This document shows positions 12,780 to 24,972 of a stretch of DNA of 64,000 nt, piece after piece. Each line of letters starts with the position of its first letter. The stretch's first letter is position 1. Where the stretch lies: assembly GCF_055900595.2 (NCBI RefSeq), contig NZ_CM148325.1; one strand, 5' to 3'. Under the pieces are notes generated by a model. That model did no database searches. It was not told where the DNA came from and saw nothing but the letters and a program-made list of their open reading frames with translations. The position numbers and the translations under genes were made by a program.

Positions 12780-13700
12780 TTAAATGTATAACGACGATTC
12801 TCCCACCGGGCGCGTTTTAAAGCGACGGTGGATCCAGAGGTACTGCTCAGGTGCGCGCATAATCTCTTTCTCGATAATCTTGTTCATATAGGCAGCGGCT
12901 TGATTTTCATCTGCCGGGTAGCCTTCCATTTCAGGGGTGATGAACAACCGATATCCGCTGTAATCCGCTTTTCTGACCATCGTTACGGTCAACATGGCTG
13001 CGCCAGAGAGACGAGAGAGGACATAGGTGCCATTGGTTGTGGCAACATTTTCTACCGCAAAGAACGGTGCGAAGGAGCTGCCTTTACGACCATAATCCTG
13101 ATCGGGAGCAAACCATACGGCTTCACCTTTCTTCAGCGCACCGACAATACCGCGCAGATTATTTCTGCCGATCATCGCTTTGTTAGAGCGCATGCGACCA
13201 CGGGTCTGCACCCATTCCATCAGCTGATTATTATGCGGACGATAGGTGGCCATCATTGGCTGACATAGTCCCATCACGCGGCCGCCCAATTCCAGCGACA
13301 TAAAATGGACGCCGACAACCATCACGCCACGATTTTGCAGTTGTGCGCGTTTGAGGTTATCCAGCCCTTCAACATCAAACCATTTACGTACGCGACTGTC
13401 GGGCCAGAACCATGCCATGCCGGTTTCTACCAGCGCCATGCCGAGTGAACGAAAGTTTTCGGCAATCATCTTCTCGCGCTCTTCAGCAGAATGCTGTGGG
13501 AAACAAAGTTCCAGGTTCTTACGGGCGATAGATTCACGACGTTTCAGGAATGGTCGCGCCATCGTGCCGATACGCGTGCCGAGAAAACAGAGAACAGGGT
13601 AAGGAAGCTGTACCCAAAGCCAGAGTACACCAAGCCCAAACCATGTGAGCCAGTAGCGAGGATGTAGAAACTCGCGGGAAAATTTGCATTTTGGAAACAT
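12780..13700 (-). CDS. lpxP: lipid A palmitoleoyl acyltransferase
   Basis: Start at MFPKCKFSREFLHPRYW gives 306 aa; LpxL/LpxP-family acyltransferase; the track ORF extends 22 codons upstream. Confidence 0.85.
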   Translation of the reverse strand: MFPKCKFSREFLHPRYWLTWFGLGVLWLWVQLPYPVLCFLGTRIGTMARPFLKRRESIARKNLELCFPQHSAEEREKMIAENFRSLGMALVETGMAWFWPDSRVRKWFDVEGLDNLKRAQLQNRGVMVVGVHFMSLELGGRVMGLCQPMMATYRPHNNQLMEWVQTRGRMRSNKAMIGRNNLRGIVGALKKGEAVWFAPDQDYGRKGSSFAPFFAVENVATTNGTYVLSRLSGAAMLTVTMVRKADYSGYRLFITPEMEGYPADENQAAAYMNKIIEKEIMRAPEQYLWIHRRFKTRPVGESSLYI

Positions 13701-14053
13701 AGTTACCTTCTGTAGATACGAATTGTTGTATCGCAGAAGATTCCATGTCGACAGCGGTACACTCAATTGGTTGGGCCATCATGTACGACAATGGTTCCTG
13801 TAAAGAGTGTAAAGACTAGTCAGGACATAACCACGAGGAGCATGAATGCGGTGCTTTTACTTTATCACTGGCTGACTGCTTTCAGCTACTGATTATTTAT
13901 CGTGCAAAGTAAATATTTTTTTCGCACATTACAGTCTTGCATTTAACGTGCTGTTTTCATTAATACTTAGCAAAAATTGCCAGAGGTTAAGGATTGTCTT
14001 ACTATTAAAGTGACTGAAGTTACAGGTTTTTTAGCGCGGCAGGAGGTTGAGCT

Positions 14054-14296
14054 ATGATTTATTTATGGATGTTTCTCGCCCTGTGTATTGTCTGCGTAAG
14101 CGGATACATCGGTCAGGTACTGAACGTGGTCTCGGCGGTCTCTTCTTTCTTCGGCATGGTGATCCTCGCTGCACTCATTTACTACTTCACCATGTGGTTA
14201 ACTGGCGGTAATGAACTAGTGACGGGGATATTTATGTTTCTTGCCCCGGCTTGTGGCTTGATGATTCGCTTTATGGTGGGGTATGGCAGGCGGTAG
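14054..14296 (+). CDS. yfdY: small inner-membrane protein
   Basis: 80-aa hydrophobic protein at the K-12 position. Confidence 0.7.
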   Translation: MIYLWMFLALCIVCVSGYIGQVLNVVSAVSSFFGMVILAALIYYFTMWLTGGNELVTGIFMFLAPACGLMIRFMVGYGRR

Positions 14297-14372
14297 TAGT
14301 TCAGGATGGATCATTTGGGCAGGTGCTCACATCATCAACAGATATGATTGTTCACCTGCCATGTGACAGACG

Positions 14373-14648
14373 CTATCGCACAGGATGAATAAGATAATTC
14401 GCCTTTGTCGGAAAAGGGGGCGTGATGTCTTCTGTGAGATTTAATGGTGGCGCATCTTCTCTCATCTTAAACAAAATCGCCTGTGATGGTTGAAGTTTTG
14501 TAGAATGAGTTGTCGTCATCACTGACGTTTTTTCTGTCCCTTTATAGCTCGTCTCACTTCCACCACCAGAAATGGAAAATGCAAAAACATTGCATGCCAT
14601 AATAGAGACCAATAAAAATAAGCTAAAAAGCATTAAGTTTACTTTCAT
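14373..14648 (-). CDS. ypdI: small secreted or lipoprotein-like protein
   Basis: 91 aa with an N-terminal signal peptide at the K-12 position. Confidence 0.7.
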   Translation of the reverse strand: MKVNLMLFSLFLLVSIMACNVFAFSISGGGSETSYKGTEKTSVMTTTHSTKLQPSQAILFKMREDAPPLNLTEDITPPFPTKANYLIHPVR

Positions 14649-14790
14649 AGAAAGTTATCCTGAGAATGGCTCACTGAGAACCTACGATGTTATGGCTGTA
14701 TTTACATTTAATTAATCAGTATTTACATCGATATAATAAATGACATCTCTTTGTGGTATATAAGAATAGTTCTCTGCGACAGGAAGCATA

Positions 14791-14808
14791 TTCCTACAAT
14801 TGTAAGAC
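14791..14808. promoter_or_regulatory. putative EvgA-binding inverted repeat upstream of yfdX
   Basis: TTCCTACAATTGTAAGAC matches the EvgA box pattern TTCYTACA-N2-TGTARGAA. Confidence 0.5.
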
Positions 14809-14942
14809 TAAATACTTCTTGCGATAATAACTACAACTGTAAGATAACCCTTTCAAAATGACCGTTGCTCTCTGATTTCTCATTTCATGCTCACCCAATA
14901 TGATGGCGGCGTTTTCTAAAACTGTTAAAGAATGAGGTAAGT

Positions 14943-15575
14943 ATGAAACGTTTAATTATGGCTACGATGGTCACAGCAGTTCTGGCATCTTCAACTGTAT
15001 GGGCTGCTGATAATGCACCGGTAGCAGCACAACAGCAAACTCAGCAAGTTCAGCAAACCCAGAAAACGGTAGCAGCAGAGCGTATCTCTGAACAGGGTTT
15101 ATATGCGATGCGTGACGTGCAGGTAGCGCGCCTGGCTCTGTTTCATGGCGATCCGGAAAAGGCAAAAGAACTGACCAATGAAGCTTCCGCTTTGCTGTCA
15201 GATGACAGTACTGAATGGGCAAAGTTCGCTAAGCCAGGTAAAAAGACCAATGTCAATGATGACCAATATATTTTCATTAATGCATCTGTCGGAATTTCTG
15301 AGAGTTATGTAGCGACACCCGAAAAAGAAGCCGCGATAAAAATTGCCAACGAAAAAATGGCGAAAGGGGATAAAAAGGGCGCAATGGAAGAGCTTCGCCT
15401 GGCCGGTGTTGGTGTAATGGAAAACCAATATCTGATGCCGCTTAAACAGACTCGTAATGCACTTGCTGATGCGCAGAAACTGCTTGATAAAAAGCAATAC
15501 TACGAGGCAAACCTGGCGCTTAAAGGTGCGGAAGATGGAATCATCGTCGATAGCGAAGCACTGTTTGTGAACTAA
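14943..15575 (+). CDS. yfdX: YfdX-family periplasmic protein
   Basis: 210 aa with signal peptide; synteny. Confidence 0.85.
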   Translation: MKRLIMATMVTAVLASSTVWAADNAPVAAQQQTQQVQQTQKTVAAERISEQGLYAMRDVQVARLALFHGDPEKAKELTNEASALLSDDSTEWAKFAKPGKKTNVNDDQYIFINASVGISESYVATPEKEAAIKIANEKMAKGDKKGAMEELRLAGVGVMENQYLMPLKQTRNALADAQKLLDKKQYYEANLALKGAEDGIIVDSEALFVN

Positions 15576-15818
15576 TGCTGACAGGCAGCATATTGAAGTA
15601 AAAGATTTTACTCCCTCCTGGCGACAATTTTTTATGACCACAATACGACCGATTGTGGTCATAAAATTATTTGGCGCTCGCGGTTCTATTAACACGAATT
15701 TTCTATTCCTCAAAGTAAACATCAATAATCCCGTGTCATCACGAAATCATTGTTTATGTTATGTTTTATGGTACGATTTAAAAATCGTAATCATTTCCCT
15801 AACTGTAAATCACAATCG

Positions 15819-15836
15819 CTTCTTACAGTTGTAAGA
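15819..15836. promoter_or_regulatory. putative EvgA-binding inverted repeat upstream of frc
   Basis: TTCTTACAGTTGTAAGAA is a perfect match to the EvgA box inverted repeat. Confidence 0.55.
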
Positions 15837-16088
15837 ATAACATCACAAATGTCGCGGCTCTCTCTGATTACCGCAAACCAATATTTATCATATTCTTCTT
15901 TTCGTCCTCACTACTTACCATGCAAAAAGGAATTGGAAGTGGCGATGAAATGATTTTCCGCACTTGATACAGGAATTTAAAAATATCGAGTGCAGCTACG
16001 ACGATATTTTGCGGATTATTTATAGAGGGCGTTATGCCTTAAATAAACGCTAAATTAACATATATTTAATTAACTAATAGGTATTGCT

Positions 16089-17339
16089 ATGTCAACTCCA
16101 CTTCAAGGAATTAAAGTTCTCGATTTCACCGGTGTGCAATCTGGCCCATCTTGTACTCAGATGCTGGCGTGGTTTGGCGCTGACGTCATTAAAATTGAAC
16201 GTCCCGGCGTTGGTGACGTAACGCGTCGCCAGCTGCGAGATATTCCTGATATCGATGCGCTTTACTTCACCATGCTTAACAGCAACAAACGTTCTATTGA
16301 ATTAAATACCAAAACAGCGGAAGGCAAAGAGGTAATGGAAAAGCTGATCCGCGAAGCTGATATCTTGGTCGAGAACTTTCATCCAGGGGCTATTGATCAC
16401 ATGGGCTTCACCTGGGAGCATATTCAGGAAATCAACCCACGTCTGATTTTTGGTTCGATCAAAGGGTTTGATGAGTGTTCACCTTATGTGAATGTAAAAG
16501 CCTATGAAAACGTTGCTCAGGCAGCGGGTGGCGCGGCATCCACTACGGGTTTTTGGGACGGCCCGCCGCTGGTAAGCGCTGCAGCGTTGGGTGACAGCAA
16601 CACCGGAATGCATTTGCTGATCGGTTTACTTGCTGCTTTGCTGCATCGCGAAAAAACGGGGCGTGGGCAACGAGTTACCATGTCAATGCAGGATGCCGTG
16701 TTGAACCTTTGCCGCGTGAAATTACGTGACCAGCAGCGCCTCGATAAGCTGGGTTATCTGGAAGAATACCCGCAGTATCCGAATGGCACATTTGGCGACG
16801 CAGTACCACGCGGTGGTAATGCGGGTGGTGGCGGTCAGCCTGGCTGGATCCTGAAATGTAAAGGCTGGGAAACCGATCCTAACGCCTATATTTATTTCAC
16901 TATTCAGGAGCAAAACTGGGAAAACACCTGTAAAGCTATCGGCAAACCAGAATGGATTACCGATCCGGCATACAGTACAGCTCATGCCCGACAGCCACAT
17001 ATTTTCGATATTTTTGCTGAAATCGAAAAATACACTGTCACTATTGATAAACATGAAGCGGTGGCCTATTTGACTCAGTTTGATATTCCTTGTGCACCGG
17101 TTTTAAGTATGAAAGAAATTTCACTCGATCCCTCTTTGCGCCAAAGTGGCAGTGTTGTCGAAGTAGAGCAACCGTTGCGTGGAAAATATCTGACAGTTGG
17201 TTGTCCAATGAAATTCTCTGCCTTTACGCCGGATATTAAAGCTGCGCCGCTATTAGGTGAACATACCGCTGCTGTATTGCAGGAGCTGGGTTATAGCGAC
17301 GATGAAATTGCTGCAATGAAGCAAAACCACGCCATCTGA
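16089..17339 (+). CDS. frc: formyl-CoA:oxalate CoA-transferase
   Basis: 416 aa, family III CoA-transferase; followed by oxc. Confidence 0.9.
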   Translation: MSTPLQGIKVLDFTGVQSGPSCTQMLAWFGADVIKIERPGVGDVTRRQLRDIPDIDALYFTMLNSNKRSIELNTKTAEGKEVMEKLIREADILVENFHPGAIDHMGFTWEHIQEINPRLIFGSIKGFDECSPYVNVKAYENVAQAAGGAASTTGFWDGPPLVSAAALGDSNTGMHLLIGLLAALLHREKTGRGQRVTMSMQDAVLNLCRVKLRDQQRLDKLGYLEEYPQYPNGTFGDAVPRGGNAGGGGQPGWILKCKGWETDPNAYIYFTIQEQNWENTCKAIGKPEWITDPAYSTAHARQPHIFDIFAEIEKYTVTIDKHEAVAYLTQFDIPCAPVLSMKEISLDPSLRQSGSVVEVEQPLRGKYLTVGCPMKFSAFTPDIKAAPLLGEHTAAVLQELGYSDDEIAAMKQNHAI

Positions 17340-17392
17340 TATTAACGGGGGCTTCTGGCTCCCAATTTATAAAAATTTCGAGGTTATTAATC

Positions 17393-19087
17393 ATGTCAGA
17401 TCAACTTCAAATGACAGATGGTATGCATATCATCGTTGAAGCATTAAAACAGAATAATATTGACACTATTTATGGTGTTGTAGGTATTCCTGTGACGGAT
17501 ATGGCGCGCCATGCCCAGGCGGAAGGCATTCGTTATATTGGTTTTCGTCATGAGCAATCTGCAGGCTATGCGGCTGCGGCAAGCGGTTTTCTTACCCAAA
17601 AGCCAGGGATCTGCCTGACCGTTTCTGCGCCAGGATTCCTCAATGGTTTGACTGCATTGGCCAACGCAACAGTAAATGGTTTTCCGATGATCATGATCAG
17701 CGGCTCCAGCGATCGCGCGATCGTTGATCTCCAGCAAGGTGATTATGAAGAGCTGGACCAAATGAATGCGGCAAAACCCTATGCCAAAGCGGCATTCCGC
17801 GTTAACCAGCCGCAGGATCTTGGCATTGCGTTGGCACGCGCTATCCGGGTCTCCGTTTCGGGTCGCCCTGGTGGTGTTTATCTTGATTTGCCAGCAAATG
17901 TCCTGGCTGCGACGATGGAAAAAGACGAAGCATTAGCCACTATTGTTAAAGTTGAAAACCCATCGCCAGCGTTATTGCCATGCCCGAAGTCAGTCACTAG
18001 TGCAATTTCGCTGTTAGCAAAAGCAGAACGGCCATTAATTATCCTTGGTAAAGGCGCGGCGTATTCACAAGCTGATGAGCAGCTTCGTGAGTTTATTGAA
18101 AGTACCCAGATTCCATTCCTGCCAATGTCTATGGCGAAAGGGATCCTGGAAGATACGCATCCACTTTCTGCGGCGGCTGCGCGTTCGTTTGCGCTGGCAA
18201 ATGCTGATGTTGTCATGCTTGTTGGGGCGCGACTGAATTGGTTACTGGCGCACGGTAAAAAAGGATGGGCGGCAGATACACAGTTTATTCAACTGGATAT
18301 AGAACCGCAGGAAATTGACAGCAATCGACCCATTACTGTGCCAGTCGTTGGCGATATTGCATCCAGTATGCAAGGTATGCTGGCAGAACTGAAACAAAAC
18401 ACATTTACGACTCCACTGGTGTGGCGCGATATTTTAAATATCCACAAGCAGCAAAATGCGCAAAAAATGCATGAAAAGTTAAGTACAGATACCCAACCAT
18501 TAAATTACTTTAATGCATTGAGTGCGGTGCGCGATGTATTGCGCGAGAACCAGGATATTTATTTAGTTAATGAAGGGGCAAATACCCTAGATAATGCACG
18601 AAATATTATTGATATGTATAAACCACGTCGTCGTCTGGATTGTGGCACCTGGGGGGTTATGGGCATCGGTATGGGTTATGCTATCGGCGCGAGTGTAACC
18701 TCTGGTTCCCCAGTTGTTGCCATTGAAGGTGATAGTGCTTTTGGTTTCAGTGGGATGGAGATTGAAACGATTTGTCGATATAACCTGCCGGTGACAATCG
18801 TTATTTTTAATAATGGCGGCATCTACAGAGGAGACGGTGTTGATCTCAGTGGCGCTGGTGCACCATCACCAACAGATCTATTGCACCATGCAAGGTATGA
18901 CAAATTAATGGATGCATTTCGTGGCGTTGGATATAACGTCACCACGACAGATGAACTTCGTGATGCTTTAACCACCGGTATTCAGTCGCGCAAACCGACC
19001 ATTATTAATGTGGTCATCGACCCAGCAGCAGGAACTGAAAGTGGCCATATTACCAAACTTAACCCAAAACAAGTCTCTGGTAATTAA
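17393..19087 (+). CDS. oxc: oxalyl-CoA decarboxylase (ThDP-dependent)
   Basis: 564 aa with thiamine-diphosphate enzyme motifs ([14 protein letters not shown]). Confidence 0.9.
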
Positions 19088-19155
19088 ATACTGACATCGT
19101 CTCCTCTTGCCAACTCATTATCGATGGTGAGGGGACCCTTATCGGAAATACTATT

Positions 19156-20100
19156 ATGCTAACATTTTTTATTGGCGATTTATTGCCTATTATCGTAATC
19201 ATGCTGTTGGGTTATTTTAGCGGCAGACGAGAAACTTTTTCAGAAGATCAAGCCCGGGCATTTAATAAACTGGTATTAAATTACGCTCTTCCTGCGGCCC
19301 TATTTGTTTCTATTACCCGGGCAAACAGGGAAATGATTTTTGCGGACACTCGCCTGACCCTTGTATCACTTGTGGTTATTGTCGGATGTTTCTTTTTCTC
19401 CTGGTTTGGTTGCTACAAATTTTTTAAACGTACCCATGCAGAAGCAGCAGTATGTGCATTAATTGCAGGTTCACCTACCATTGGATTCCTGGGGTTTGCA
19501 GTTCTCGACCCTATTTATGGTGATTCCGTATCAACAGGTTTAGTGGTAGCAATTATTTCTATTATTGTTAACGCAATTACTATTCCTATTGGTCTGTATT
19601 TGCTGAATCCCTCCTCAGGAGCGGATGGTAAGAAGAATAGCAATCTGAGCGCGTTAATCTCTGCGGCAAAGGAGCCAGTCGTATGGGCACCTGTTCTGGC
19701 AACGATCCTGGTGTTGGTTGGGGTAAAAATTCCGGCAGCATGGGATCCAACCTTTAATCTGATTGCGAAGGCCAACTCAGGGGTAGCGGTATTCGCTGCG
19801 GGTTTGACTCTGGCTGCACATAAATTCGAGTTCAGTGCTGAAATTGCTTATAACACCTTCCTGAAGCTGATTCTGATGCCACTGGCACTGCTTCTCGTTG
19901 GTATGGCATGTCATTTGAACAGCGAACATCTGCAGATGATGGTACTGGCAGGCGCATTACCGCCGGCATTCTCCGGAATCATTATTGCCAGCCGGTTTAA
20001 TGTCTACACCCGCACTGGTACAGCGTCATTGGCTGTTAGCGTGCTGGGTTTTGTCGTCACGGCTCCCTTGTGGATTTATGTCAGTCGACTGGTTTCATAA
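19156..20100 (+). CDS. yfdV: AEC-family transporter
   Basis: 314-aa polytopic membrane protein; synteny. Confidence 0.85.
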
Positions 20101-20173
20101 TTAATCATGTTATTAATTTTCATAAATGCCGAAGAGTCTTTTCACCTTCGGCTTTTTTTCAAGGCATAAGCAA

Positions 20174-21319
20174 ATGACAAATACTGAAAGCAAAGGCCCA
20201 TTTGAAGGGTTATTAGTTATTGATATGACTCATGTCCTTAATGGGCCTTTCGGAACTCAACTCCTTTGTAATATGGGCGCAAGGGTCATTAAAGTTGAGC
20301 CGCCGGGTCATGGTGATGATACCCGCACATTTGGTCCCTATGTGGATGGGCAGTCACTCTATTACAGTTTTATTAATCATGGCAAAGAGAGCGTGGTTCT
20401 TGATTTAAAGAATGACCACGATAAAAGTATATTTATAAATATGCTTAAACAAGCTGATGTATTAGCCGAGAATTTCCGCCCAGGTACAATGGAAAAAATG
20501 GGGTTTTCGTGGGAAACGCTACAAGAAATCAACCCACGTCTCATCTATGCTTCATCGTCAGGTTTCGGACATACCGGTCCGCTAAAAGATGCTCCGGCCT
20601 ACGATACCATTATTCAGGCAATGAGTGGAATAATGATGGAAACGGGATATCCTGATGCTCCGCCAGTGCGTGTTGGCACCTCTCTTGCAGATCTCTGTGG
20701 CGGTGTCTATTTATTCAGTGGAATCGTGAGTGCGCTTTATGGCCGCGAAAAGAGCCAGCGAGGGGCGCATGTCGATATCGCGATGTTTGATGCCACTCTG
20801 AGTTTTCTGGAGCATGGACTGATGGCATATATCGCGACTGGGAAGTCACCACAACGTCTGGGAAATCGCCATCCCTACATGGCTCCTTTTGATGTTTTCG
20901 ATACTCAGGATAAACCAATTACTATTTGTTGTGGTAATGACAAGCTTTTTTCTGCGTTATGCCAGGCACTGGATCTGACGGAACTTGTTGATGATCCCCG
21001 ATTTAACAGCAATATTTTACGTGTACAAAATCAAGCTATTCTTAAACAATATATTGAGCGGACGTTAAAAACGCAGGCAGCTGAAGTTTGGTTAGCCAGA
21101 ATACATGAAGTTGGTGTACCCGTAGCGCCGTTATTAAGTGTGGCTGAGGCCATTAATTTGCCACAAACTCAGGCGAGAAATATGTTGATTGAAGCCGGGG
21201 GAATAATGATGCCGGGTAATCCGATAAAAATCAGCGGCTGCGCGGACCCGCATGTTATGCCGGGAGCGGCAACGCTCGACCAGCATGGGGAACAAATTCG
21301 CCAGGAATTCTCATCGTAA
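20174..21319 (+). CDS. yfdE: family III CoA-transferase (acetyl-CoA:oxalate CoA-transferase)
   Basis: Start at MTNTESKG gives 381 aa; paralogous to frc. Confidence 0.85.
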   Translation: MTNTESKGPFEGLLVIDMTHVLNGPFGTQLLCNMGARVIKVEPPGHGDDTRTFGPYVDGQSLYYSFINHGKESVVLDLKNDHDKSIFINMLKQADVLAENFRPGTMEKMGFSWETLQEINPRLIYASSSGFGHTGPLKDAPAYDTIIQAMSGIMMETGYPDAPPVRVGTSLADLCGGVYLFSGIVSALYGREKSQRGAHVDIAMFDATLSFLEHGLMAYIATGKSPQRLGNRHPYMAPFDVFDTQDKPITICCGNDKLFSALCQALDLTELVDDPRFNSNILRVQNQAILKQYIERTLKTQAAEVWLARIHEVGVPVAPLLSVAEAINLPQTQARNMLIEAGGIMMPGNPIKISGCADPHVMPGAATLDQHGEQIRQEFSS

Positions 21320-21374
21320 ATGTTAGATGTGCTGGTAAATAGCTCCCACATTTGAACATTGTGGGAGCCGCTAT

Positions 21375-24300
21375 TTAGTCATTTTGTTGACAGAAAACCG
21401 CAATCTCCTGGTCTAACTCTGCAATGTGTTCTTTAACAGAGTTCAGCAACTTAAGAATTTCAGGCTTGCTGTCATCTGAAACTGGCGTTATTTCTAACTG
21501 GTGGCTAAGATTAATCAACTTTTGCAAATTCAGGATGTTAGCCGCACCGTGGATGCGATGAATACACTGATGGAAAGTTCTGTTATCGCCAGCTTCTAAC
21601 GCATGAAACGCAGCGGGTAGATCTTTATGCGTTTCATGCTGGAAAGTCATGAGAATCTCCTGCATCAGTTGTAGATCGTTCGCCGTATTATTTTTCAGGG
21701 CCTCGATATCAAGGTGGCGATACTGAGGTGCAATATGTGCAACCTGGTGTAACTGACTTAAATGTGTTTTCAGTACATCCAGGGTTAACGGTTTGAACAA
21801 ACATAAGTTCATGCCGCAATTTAACCCTTTTTCACGTTCGTTAGCCTGTGCGTTGGCTGTAAGCCCCCAGATGGGTAAGGAAGAATTTTGCTCACGGAGT
21901 TTGCGAGTCAACTCAAAACCATCCATATTCGGCATATTAACGTCAGTAATAAGCAGATCATAATGCTGCATACTGACTTTGTGTAGCGCCTGTACACCAT
22001 CAGAGGCTTCATCAACATCATATCCTAATAGGTTTAGCTGGCGTTTGAGTAATAGCCTGTTGGTCGGATGATCATCCGCGATTAATATGCTCAACTTTTC
22101 AGGGAGTGTCATAGGTTGTTCTGCTTTTGCCTCGACAGTCGCCACTTGTTGGGTAATTTCTACCGGGATTGTGATCGTAAATGTCGTTCCTATGCCGGGA
22201 TGACTTTCTAATGACAAATCGCCCTGCATGTTTTTAATTAATTCTTTGCAGATCATTAAGCCTAAACCAGAACCTGTTTGCTGACGACCTGCTGTTGTTT
22301 GGCTATAGCGTTTAAACAGTTGTTGTTGTTCTTCCTGCGATAATCCGCTTCCGGTGTCCATAATCGTCATTTTGATAACAGCGTGGTTGTCATCAATATG
22401 AACCAGGGAAGTCGTAATTTTTACTGCCCCCTCGGTGGTAAATTTAAGGGCATTACTCAGTAAATTAGACAGCACCTGCTTAAATGCTTGAGGGTCGATT
22501 TTAACCAGGTAGCGTTCAGGAAGCGTACTGCTGCAATTTAATGCGATGGATTTGCTTGCAGCAATCGCACCGAAAGAATGACAAGTGTTCTGGACTAAAG
22601 TAGGGATATCGACCCATTGTGGTTGAAGTTGATAGTTACCCGACTCAATTTTGTCGACATCAAGGATTTCACCAATTAAGCCGAGGAGCGACTGTCCGGT
22701 GGCGTAAGCAAGTGAAATCGCCTCCACACGTTGCTCCTTGCTAAGACCTGAACCCGACAGAAGTTCCAGGAAGCCCATAATGGAGCTTATTGGTGTTCTT
22801 ATTTCGTGACTCATTGTTGCCAGGAACTGGCTTTTTGCGACAGTTGCATTGATCGCTTTATTTCTTTCTACTTCGAGTGCATGAATTAAATCACGCGTCT
22901 CGGTAATATCTTGCCAACCACAAATATATACTGCATTGTCACTTGCAGGTAAATTGCATAATGTATGCCAATGATTAATGCATCTTTTTTCAGTACCATT
23001 ATTAATTTCAAAAACTTGGCTATATATTGTTCTGTTTTCTTTTGTTTCTGCTGTGACTTCATGCACATTAGAAAAAACATCTTTAAAGGGGGAGTCACTG
23101 TTTTCTAATGGTAACATTGCATTTTTGTAGTAATCAGCAGTGAAATAATGTTCAAATGCACTATTGTGACTAATGACATTACCTTGCCAGTTTACAACAT
23201 AAGTTGGATTCGGTAAGGAATCCGAGAGTGCTTTCCGGAATGATATTTGGTTTTCTAAATCACCCTGAATTACCTTACGACGACGAACTGAGCGTAACAG
23301 GTAGAATCCCCATAAAAGGCTACTGCCAACTAATAAAACGGATAAAGTCGTAACAATGTAAAATTGCTCACTATAGAGGTCCCATGTGTCAATGGTCACA
23401 TTGGGCATTTTGATCCATTTTTCCGTCAGGCGCAGAACTTCGCTTGGGGGAATTGCATTCAATGCTTTATTAATAATATCCTTAAGTTCTGGTTCTCCGC
23501 GAGGAAAAGCGAACGAAAGCGATGCATTCTCAACGCCGGGAATAAGAAAATGATAAAGCTCATTAGGATAGTAATGGTCGATCATGTAACGCGAATTTAG
23601 CTGTGTCGCGACCAGGGCATCAAGTTCACCTTCCTTAACCTTGTGAAATGCAGCGCTAGCATTATCGACTTGTATCCACTCAACCTCCGGATACATCTCT
23701 TTCAATTGCGAATGAAGCTCATAATAATATGGAATGGCAACTTTCATTCCTTTTTTTAAAGTTTGTTCACTATCAGGCGCTTTTTGCATGACGAAAACGT
23801 AAGGCGTTGTTATGAATGCTTCAGCAAATAAAACATTATTTTCTCGATCTTCATTATAAATAGCGCCAGGTAAGATATCCCATCCATCGGGATTAAGCTG
23901 TGTTCCGGCATGGATATTGTGTGAAACGGTGATCGGAGAAAATCTTAAACCTGTTTGCAATGTAATAATATTAAGAATATCCCCCATAACGCCCCGAACC
24001 GAGCCATTTTCATCAGTCATAGAATAGGGAGGGGAGTAAGGATTTTCCAGCACCTTTAAATCGGGATGTTGCTTAATCCACTGTTTTTCATGTTCAGTGA
24101 GTTCTAATGGTTTGTTCAGAAAGGCCAGGTTTCCTGTATCAAGCCAATTTTGTGATACTTCATAGCGAACTTCATTTGTTAAAGCATCAACAAACCGATT
24201 GAGTACTTCATTAAGAATGACGGATTCTTTTCTGGTCAAGAAAAAATTATATTGACGCGGCGAGTTATAATATTTCACTACATTTAAGGAGTGAGTGAAA

Positions 24301-24968
24301 TAGCGGGAAATCATACTGCTGGTAATGATGTTACTACCAATAAAGTAATCATTATGTCCGGTAGAAACGGATGCTAATGCCTGATATAAATTTGTAAAAG
24401 AGATAATTGTTGCTTTTGGAAATGATTGATGAATTACCTTGTCTGGGGGGTAATTTGCTACCCGAGCAATATTTACTGGTTTTGGTGAGGTAAGCGGTCG
24501 CATTGAGTCGTGAAGGGTGGTTACCAGCGCCGGAAAGGTAATTATCAATGGTTTGGTTGCAGCAATGTCATTATTAAGAGGCGGCGAAGTAACTAAATGT
24601 GATAACACTATATCGACTTCACCTTCTGCAAGCGCGTCCATTGCTTTTTGATGATCTGCGTATTCCCGGAGTGTTAATTTGATATTTAACGCTCTTTTTA
24701 AAAGATTTAAATAATCAGCATTAATACCACGAACCCGTTGCTGCGAATCGGTATGCAACAACGTAGCCGTTTGGGACTTGTGTACTGCAATCACAAGATT
24801 TTTTTTGCTCGCTAACCAACGTAATTCCTTGTTGCTCAGACGTAGTGGATCAAGCGTGACACGGTTGTTACTACTGATGCCACGATATTCGATGTAATCT
24901 TCGTCTGCGAAACTTATGGTCGACCAAAGACCACAACAGAGAAGAAAAAAATAGGGTAAAAACTTCAT
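21375..24968 (-). CDS. evgS: hybrid sensor histidine kinase
   Basis: 1197 aa: periplasmic binding-protein-like domains, HK core, receiver and HPt domains. Confidence 0.95.
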   Translation of the reverse strand: MKFLPYFFLLCCGLWSTISFADEDYIEYRGISSNNRVTLDPLRLSNKELRWLASKKNLVIAVHKSQTATLLHTDSQQRVRGINADYLNLLKRALNIKLTLREYADHQKAMDALAEGEVDIVLSHLVTSPPLNNDIAATKPLIITFPALVTTLHDSMRPLTSPKPVNIARVANYPPDKVIHQSFPKATIISFTNLYQALASVSTGHNDYFIGSNIITSSMISRYFTHSLNVVKYYNSPRQYNFFLTRKESVILNEVLNRFVDALTNEVRYEVSQNWLDTGNLAFLNKPLELTEHEKQWIKQHPDLKVLENPYSPPYSMTDENGSVRGVMGDILNIITLQTGLRFSPITVSHNIHAGTQLNPDGWDILPGAIYNEDRENNVLFAEAFITTPYVFVMQKAPDSEQTLKKGMKVAIPYYYELHSQLKEMYPEVEWIQVDNASAAFHKVKEGELDALVATQLNSRYMIDHYYPNELYHFLIPGVENASLSFAFPRGEPELKDIINKALNAIPPSEVLRLTEKWIKMPNVTIDTWDLYSEQFYIVTTLSVLLVGSSLLWGFYLLRSVRRRKVIQGDLENQISFRKALSDSLPNPTYVVNWQGNVISHNSAFEHYFTADYYKNAMLPLENSDSPFKDVFSNVHEVTAETKENRTIYSQVFEINNGTEKRCINHWHTLCNLPASDNAVYICGWQDITETRDLIHALEVERNKAINATVAKSQFLATMSHEIRTPISSIMGFLELLSGSGLSKEQRVEAISLAYATGQSLLGLIGEILDVDKIESGNYQLQPQWVDIPTLVQNTCHSFGAIAASKSIALNCSSTLPERYLVKIDPQAFKQVLSNLLSNALKFTTEGAVKITTSLVHIDDNHAVIKMTIMDTGSGLSQEEQQQLFKRYSQTTAGRQQTGSGLGLMICKELIKNMQGDLSLESHPGIGTTFTITIPVEITQQVATVEAKAEQPMTLPEKLSILIADDHPTNRLLLKRQLNLLGYDVDEASDGVQALHKVSMQHYDLLITDVNMPNMDGFELTRKLREQNSSLPIWGLTANAQANEREKGLNCGMNLCLFKPLTLDVLKTHLSQLHQVAHIAPQYRHLDIEALKNNTANDLQLMQEILMTFQHETHKDLPAAFHALEAGDNRTFHQCIHRIHGAANILNLQKLINLSHQLEITPVSDDSKPEILKLLNSVKEHIAELDQEIAVFCQQND

Positions 24969-24972
24969 GTGA